Source of the DNA: an uncultured Lachnospiraceae bacterium
GTDB taxonomy: Bacteria > Bacillota > Clostridia > Lachnospirales > Lachnospiraceae
Reading direction: 5' to 3'
Length of the DNA stretch: 64,000 nt
NCBI GenBank assembly: GCA_900539715.1
Contig: UQDA01000013.1
Location: 8,235-72,234, forward strand
In this document: piece after piece, positions 58,925 to 64,000 of the stretch
Position numbering within the stretch: the stretch's first letter is position 1
Layout of the letters: the number at the start of each line of letters is the position of its first letter
Program-made: the position numbers and the translations under genes
The notes under the pieces: generated by a model
The model's database searches: none
Seen by the model: only the letters and a program-made list of their open reading frames with translations
What the model was told of the DNA's origin: nothing

Positions 58925-60070
58925 TCATTTACAATTCATTTCTATTTCCTTGCCGGATTCTTTTGCAAATTCCAACAATTTGCAATTCACCTGCTCCAAT
59001 GTGCCAAAATTTTCTTTACAGCAAATAATCTTTTCACAAACAGCCAGTTTTTTTCTTGCTTTCTGCATATGTTCTTCCGTAATCGGTTCAAAAGCCTCTG
59101 CTGCGATCACGTCTGACGCCAATGCCCTTGCTGCCGGATAGTCCAGATCATTTTTCGGTAAAACCCCGGTAATAAAAGGAATCCCCTGTCTTTGCAATCT
59201 GCGGTATACATTTCTTCCGGTTCCTCCCCCGGCTATCACAAAAACTTTTGCCTCCCCTTTTGCAGGCTCCAGCTCCATACTTCCGTTTTCTTCATCAAAA
59301 CTGCCTGATTCTATAGAAAACAGCCTTGATATGTATCCCTGTTCAAAAACTTCCTCCGGCTTTCCAAAACGGTCTACGCACTTTCCGTCAATACACAAAA
59401 TTTTATCAGAAACTCTGGCCGCCAATTCCAGTTCATGAAGAGACATAATTACTGTCAGTCCTTTTTTCTTCCTCATTTCCTGTAAAATAGAAAGAAATTC
59501 CAGCTTATACTTTACATCCAGATAAGAGGTCGGCTCATCCAAAATAATAATTTCCGGCTCCTGGCAAATTGCTCTGGCAAGCATTACACGCTGTCTCTGC
59601 CCGTCGCTGATACGAGTAAAATCCTGATCTTTAACGGCTGTCACATGCACCAGCTCCATTGCTTCTTTTACCACCCGACGATCCGCCTCAGACAAAATGC
59701 CAAAATACCCGGTATAAGGATATCTGCCCGTTGCTACTACATCTTCACATGTCATCATTTCCGTTCGCAGTTTCTCGGTCAGTACCACTGCCATATTCTG
59801 TGACAGTTCTGTCCCCGACATATTTTCCACACTCTGTTCATTCAGATAAACTGTTCCGGCAATAACTGCAAGCTGTTTTGCTATACTTTTTAAAACCGTG
59901 GACTTTCCCGCACCATTAGGGCCTATCAGGGTCAGTATCTCGCCTTTCTCCAGACCAATTTCAATATCCTTTATAATGGGATTTTTATGATAACCTACGC
60001 TTAAATGCTCTGTCTTGAAATAATATTTCATCATGCCCGCTTCTCCCTGCTTCGCCTTATCATAACCCAC
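58925..60070 (-). CDS. ABC transporter ATP-binding protein (FecE/BtuD family) with a roughly 130-aa C-terminal extension
   Basis: Walker [10 protein letters not shown], signature and Walker B, then an additional Cys-containing C-terminal domain. Confidence 0.8.
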   Translation of the reverse strand: MGYDKAKQGEAGMMKYYFKTEHLSVGYHKNPIIKDIEIGLEKGEILTLIGPNGAGKSTVLKSIAKQLAVIAGTVYLNEQSVENMSGTELSQNMAVVLTEKLRTEMMTCEDVVATGRYPYTGYFGILSEADRRVVKEAMELVHVTAVKDQDFTRISDGQRQRVMLARAICQEPEIIILDEPTSYLDVKYKLEFLSILQEMRKKKGLTVIMSLHELELAARVSDKILCIDGKCVDRFGKPEEVFEQGYISRLFSIESGSFDEENGSMELEPAKGEAKVFVIAGGGTGRNVYRRLQRQGIPFITGVLPKNDLDYPAARALASDVIAAEAFEPITEEHMQKARKKLAVCEKIICCKENFGTLEQVNCKLLEFAKESGKEIEMNCK

Positions 60071-61047
60071 AGTACTACCGGAGCTCCAAACACTGCTGTA
60101 ACCGTACTGATACTAAGCTCTGTAGGTGCAAACAAAATTCTTGCCAACAGATCACAGAGCAGGCAAAATACACTTCCTCCAAGAAAGCAGGCCGGGATCA
60201 TCAGAATCGGCTTTACGCTTCCCAAAAGGCTTTTTACCAAATGAGGTACTGCAACACCCACAAAAGAAACGGGACCTGCAAACGCTACAATACATGCCGA
60301 CAAAATACTGGATAAAATGACCAACGCTGCTCTTAACAGTCTGATATTTACTCCCATATTCTGCGCGTATGATTCTCCCAACTGATATGCATCAAGCGGC
60401 TTTGACATAAAAAAAACGATAACAAATGTTACTGCTATGACCACTGCCATAACAAACACGTTGTCCCATGTCATTCCGGAAAAACTGCCCCTTGACCAAT
60501 TATGCAGATTTACAATTTCCGCATCATTTGCAAAGGTCACCACCAGCTCTGTAACAGCCGAACAAATATAACCGATCATTACACCGCTTACCACCAGCAT
60601 GGACATATTATCCACCTTACGGGACATCAGAAGAACAAATCCCATGGATATCATCGCTCCCAAAAAAGCAGCGGCGATCAATATCACTGAACTTACCCGG
60701 ATAGCCTGTCCCATCAAAAACACCATCACAAGCGCTACAACCATTTTGGCTCCAGAAGAAATTCCCAATACAAAAGGACCCGCTATAGGATTGTGAAAAA
60801 AAGTCTGCAATAAATATCCAGCCAAACCCAATGCTCCCCCCAAAATCATTGCGGCCATGGTTCTGGGCATTCGAATATCCCACAGGATTCTGCCATTGTT
60901 AATTTGCTGACCGCTTATCGACGCCTTGATATCTTCCAGCGAAATTTTTACAGTTCCAATACATACGTTTATGGCTGCAAAAACAAGCACACCAATGCCA
61001 AGCAAAAGAAATGCAATAATATATCTCTTTTTTCTGCTATGCTGCAT
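60031..61047 (-). CDS. iron-siderophore/cobalamin-type ABC permease (FecCD/BtuC family)
   Basis: 338 aa, FecCD topology. Confidence 0.85.
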   Translation of the reverse strand: MQHSRKKRYIIAFLLLGIGVLVFAAINVCIGTVKISLEDIKASISGQQINNGRILWDIRMPRTMAAMILGGALGLAGYLLQTFFHNPIAGPFVLGISSGAKMVVALVMVFLMGQAIRVSSVILIAAAFLGAMISMGFVLLMSRKVDNMSMLVVSGVMIGYICSAVTELVVTFANDAEIVNLHNWSRGSFSGMTWDNVFVMAVVIAVTFVIVFFMSKPLDAYQLGESYAQNMGVNIRLLRAALVILSSILSACIVAFAGPVSFVGVAVPHLVKSLLGSVKPILMIPACFLGGSVFCLLCDLLARILFAPTELSISTVTAVFGAPVVLWVMIRRSREKRA

Positions 61048-61059
61048 ATAATTCCTCCT

Positions 61060-62265
61060 CTACTCTAAGCGGAACAGGTATTCCATTTCTCCTTCCTCGT
61101 CCCCTTGAAGCATAGTATGTATATCTTCAATCAAATAGCCAATAGACATGGATTGTTGATACATATCATTGGTGGTGCACCATACGTTACCATTCTGCAC
61201 TGCCTTAAAATCTTCCAATACTGCACATTTATCCAACAATTCTTCTATCGAATTCACCCCGCCATCAATAGAACTGTTATAAATGATAAAATCAACATCT
61301 TTTGCACTGTTATAGAACTCTTCTACCTGCATATTCATGGTAGAACGGCTTGACTCCGGATCGCCTAAATTCTCAAATATATACTTTCCGCCTGCCAGTT
61401 CGATCATTTTAGGTACATAATCTGAACTCTGTCTTACCTGCACCAAACCGTTGGAAGTAATAAAGAAAAACGCAACTGTCTGATCTGTTTTTTCATCCGC
61501 GGTTACTTTTTCCAAAATGGCAACCTGTTTTTCGAATGCTTCTTCCGCCTCTGCTTCTTTTCCCAGCAATGCTCCAAAAAATTTAATCCATTCCACTCTT
61601 CCGAGCGGATGAGATTCATAACTGGAATACTCTATCATGACGGGGATTCCAAAATCCTCCATCATTTCAATTACCTCCGGTGAATGAGAAATCATCATAT
61701 TCTCGATGGCAAGAGAACAGTTCTCGGAAACAATCAGCTCATAATCCGGTTTGTTATATTTTCCGGCGTACAACATCTTGCCATCAGCCATTGCTTCATT
61801 TGCAGATTCAATATACCAATTACCTTCTTTTTGTCCGGAAAGTCTGATGGTATCAACTGCATCCAGGGAATCAAACATGTCCATTGCCGCAGTTGCCACC
61901 AAATACAGGTTTTCTACAGGCTGCCGCATTATGTACATATCTTCTTCCAGATTTTCCGGAACCGCTTTCCCTTCCGGGACAACCAGAAGTTTTGTCCCAT
62001 CCATTACCGTCAGAAGCTTATAACCGCCTGTATAATAATCAACAGAGAAATTCTCTGCATATTTCAGTTCCATGCTGCTTTCATATACAAACTCTGCACT
62101 ATTTTCATCAATACTTTCTGTTGATCCCGATACTGCGGAATCCTCACTTATATCGGATGAAATATTTTCCACAGAATCGGAAGAAGGACTGCCACAGCTA
62201 CATAGCCCAAGCAGTCCCATCAAAAGTAAACAGCATATTGTTGTTATCCTTTTTCTTCCTGTCAT
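61060..62265 (-). CDS. ABC substrate-binding lipoprotein (class III/BtuF-like periplasmic binding protein)
   Basis: Lipobox LCSCGS plus a PBP type 2 fold. Confidence 0.75.
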   Translation of the reverse strand: MTGRKRITTICCLLLMGLLGLCSCGSPSSDSVENISSDISEDSAVSGSTESIDENSAEFVYESSMELKYAENFSVDYYTGGYKLLTVMDGTKLLVVPEGKAVPENLEEDMYIMRQPVENLYLVATAAMDMFDSLDAVDTIRLSGQKEGNWYIESANEAMADGKMLYAGKYNKPDYELIVSENCSLAIENMMISHSPEVIEMMEDFGIPVMIEYSSYESHPLGRVEWIKFFGALLGKEAEAEEAFEKQVAILEKVTADEKTDQTVAFFFITSNGLVQVRQSSDYVPKMIELAGGKYIFENLGDPESSRSTMNMQVEEFYNSAKDVDFIIYNSSIDGGVNSIEELLDKCAVLEDFKAVQNGNVWCTTNDMYQQSMSIGYLIEDIHTMLQGDEEGEMEYLFRLE

Positions 62266-62277
62266 TGATTCATCCTC

Positions 62278-63195
62278 TTATTGAACCGCCTCTATTGTAT
62301 CTGAGCAGAAAGTAATTGAATACTCTATCTCATGCGGTCTGCTCATTGCTACCGTATCACCTATAACACTTATCGCTTCATCAAAAACTGTAACAGGGAT
62401 TTCAAATACCGAATCTCCTTCTTTATTAACAGGCAGATATTTTTCATCTCCGACGAGCATATAATCATAATTCGGACTATTCCACTTCAAAACAGCAATT
62501 ACCTCATCACCTGATACCGTAATAATAGCCGGTGATAAAATCTCAGCCTTTCCGCTTCCGCCTTCAAAAATAATATCAATCGCATAACTGCCGTCTTCTA
62601 AATCTATCTGTGTTTCGTTACCACTTACTTCAGATGTATCTGCGGAGTCTAAAGGCTGCGGATCAGAAACTACTACTTTATGGTCATACCATTTTCCCTT
62701 TTTTCCAATTAAGGCAACATCAAATTCTTCTCCAATCATCGGAACAGGAACATCAAAACCATATACCTCATCTGTCAGGCCATCGCTATAAGTAACGCTG
62801 TCCACCGACGGTTCTAAAAGTACGGCATTTTCTTTTTCGGCATCCTCCGCAAGTCCCGGATAAAGGTTTACGATATTCTTAGAACCAAGTGAAATATGGA
62901 TCGTCATTTTCCCATCTTCCACCGTTAACGTTCCTTTGCCATCATGGGCTTCATTCACCCGAAACATGGAACTGTCGGTATCAAATGCCGCCAGATAAAT
63001 TCCATCCGGCAGTGCATTTTCTTCTGCTTCTGCTTCTGTTACCGCCTCTGTTGCTGTTTCTGTTACCGCCTCTGTGTAAACGGCAGAGTCTGTTTCAAGC
63101 GCAGACTCCATTTCACTGTCCTTATCGGAACATCCTCCGAATATAGTACTTGCTAATACCAGTGTCCCTATGATTAAAATGTGTTTTTTCTTCAT
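62278..63195 (-). CDS. lipoprotein of unknown function with two internally repeated domains
   Basis: Lipobox FGGCSD, an acidic linker, and two similar roughly 100-aa segments (DGIYLAAFDTDSS... and DGSYAIDIIFEGGSG...). Confidence 0.55.
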   Translation of the reverse strand: MKKKHILIIGTLVLASTIFGGCSDKDSEMESALETDSAVYTEAVTETATEAVTEAEAEENALPDGIYLAAFDTDSSMFRVNEAHDGKGTLTVEDGKMTIHISLGSKNIVNLYPGLAEDAEKENAVLLEPSVDSVTYSDGLTDEVYGFDVPVPMIGEEFDVALIGKKGKWYDHKVVVSDPQPLDSADTSEVSGNETQIDLEDGSYAIDIIFEGGSGKAEILSPAIITVSGDEVIAVLKWNSPNYDYMLVGDEKYLPVNKEGDSVFEIPVTVFDEAISVIGDTVAMSRPHEIEYSITFCSDTIEAVQ

Positions 63196-63208
63196 AATGA
63201 TATCCTTA

Positions 63209-64000
63209 TTATTTTAATACTGCGCCTGTATGATCTACATATATCTGCTGAATCGCTTCAATCTGGCCAAGACCTTTAATCTGTGTGTCCACATTTTCAA
63301 ATTTTCCTGATGCTGTAAACATCGCATACCAGGAATCTTCCTCTGTACCTGCCATGTCATTATTCGCATGGTCACCTGCTACTACCATTAAAGGACGCAG
63401 CACCACTTTGGTATAACCTGCTGCCGCAACTTTCTCAATAATCGCATCTGCCGAAAATGCCTCGTCGCCTTCCACGGTTCCGATAAATACGTTATCATAA
63501 CCAAGCTCATTCATCTGCGTCTGCATCTGGGCATATGTAACCATTGCCGTATGATGCGTGCCATGTCCCATAAATACAAAGGCTGTCTTATCTTCGTTTG
63601 CCGCTTCTATATTGTCGTAACCGGCATCTTTTACAGCTTCAGCAGTAACAATTTCAGCAACCGCTTTCTTATCTTCGTTAATTACAGTTGCATCATTTCC
63701 CACTTCACCAAGCAAAGGTTCTGCTACGCTTACAGTTTCAAACTTGTCTCTATAGGTATCTACTGTTTCCATTACTTCATCATATTCTGCCCCATGCATT
63801 AAATGGGTTGGCTGAATCACAAGATTTTTCACGCCGTTAGCAGCCGCACGTTCTAATGCCTGCTCTACATTATCAATGCATGCGCCTTCACGTGCCTGGA
63901 TATGATTGATAATGATCTGCGCTGTAAATGCTCTTCTTACCGACCAGTCCGGATATGCTTCCTGTAATGCATCTTCTATTCCTTTGATATCCGCAACACG
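63209..64000 (-). CDS. cbiK: sirohydrochlorin cobaltochelatase (anaerobic), N-terminus beyond the window
   Basis: CbiK-like NLVIQPTHLMHGAEYDE and a C-terminal VAGDHANNDMAG motif. The frame stays open to the window edge. Confidence 0.8.
   Translation of the reverse strand, partial: RVADIKGIEDALQEAYPDWSVRRAFTAQIIINHIQAREGACIDNVEQALERAAANGVKNLVIQPTHLMHGAEYDEVMETVDTYRDKFETVSVAEPLLGEVGNDATVINEDKKAVAEIVTAEAVKDAGYDNIEAANEDKTAFVFMGHGTHHTAMVTYAQMQTQMNELGYDNVFIGTVEGDEAFSADAIIEKVAAAGYTKVVLRPLMVVAGDHANNDMAGTEEDSWYAMFTASGKFENVDTQIKGLGQIEAIQQIYVDHTGAVLK

Overview
This window is a 64-kb stretch of a low-to-moderate-GC, spore-forming, anaerobic Firmicutes (Clostridia-type) chromosome. The supporting signs are Gram-positive RBSs, the spoVA genes, coat-F-like genes, a SpoIID-like protein, sortase B, and an anaerobic (cbiK/cbiD/cbiG) cobalamin pathway. 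Coding density is high and there are no transposases, integrases or CRISPR arrays.

Gene order, left to right:
- 1-4.5 kb: rimO/miaB-like (partial), rpoZ, gmk, remA, yicC, and rqcH (NFACT) on the other strand.
- 4.5-7.6 kb: two small coat-F-like genes, a DUF3298-like membrane protein, glgA.
- 7.8-10.3 kb: a PTS-EIIC_2-like permease convergent with niaR, then a small membrane protein.
- 10.7-14 kb: the glycolytic operon gap-pgk-tpiA (minus strand). It carries three tandem 66-bp stem-loop repeats between pgk and tpiA.
- 14.3 kb: a PHP-family phosphatase.
- 15.2-21.1 kb: an uncharacterised three-gene operon. It encodes a 1210-aa beta-sandwich plus helical-repeat protein, a 437-aa actin/Hsp70-fold ATPase-like protein and a 277-aa TPR-like protein. 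It is driven from a duplicated promoter/operator-like 52-bp module that contains a perfect palindrome.
- 21.3-23.3 kb: a divergent ytrA-like gntR plus ABC exporter.
- 23.4-31 kb: a SpoIID/LytB-like protein, a membrane protein, htpG with a perfect CIRCE, a PrsA-like foldase, and a MATE exporter.
- 31-42.7 kb: spoVAC and spoVAB, which are separated from spoVAA by a ~10 kb block. The block holds vanZ, an InlB-B-repeat protein, an mglBAC-like sugar ABC transporter and an XylFII-LytS-YesN-type three-component sensor.
- 42.8 kb: sortase B.
- 43.9-64 kb: a long minus-strand cobalamin operon. It comprises cbiK (partial), a lipoprotein, a btuFCD-like transporter, cobQ, cobT, cobU, cobS, a cobU-like gene, cobC, cbiB, cobD, cbiC, cbiD, cbiF, cbiG, cbiH, a cbiJ-E-T fusion, cbiA and a Cys-rich small protein.

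The most interesting items are the uncharacterised ATPase/giant-protein/TPR operon with its duplicated palindromic control module, the covarying tandem hairpins inside the glycolytic operon, the split spoVA locus, a candidate NiaR-controlled EIIC-like transporter, and a leader terminator in front of the sugar ABC operon.
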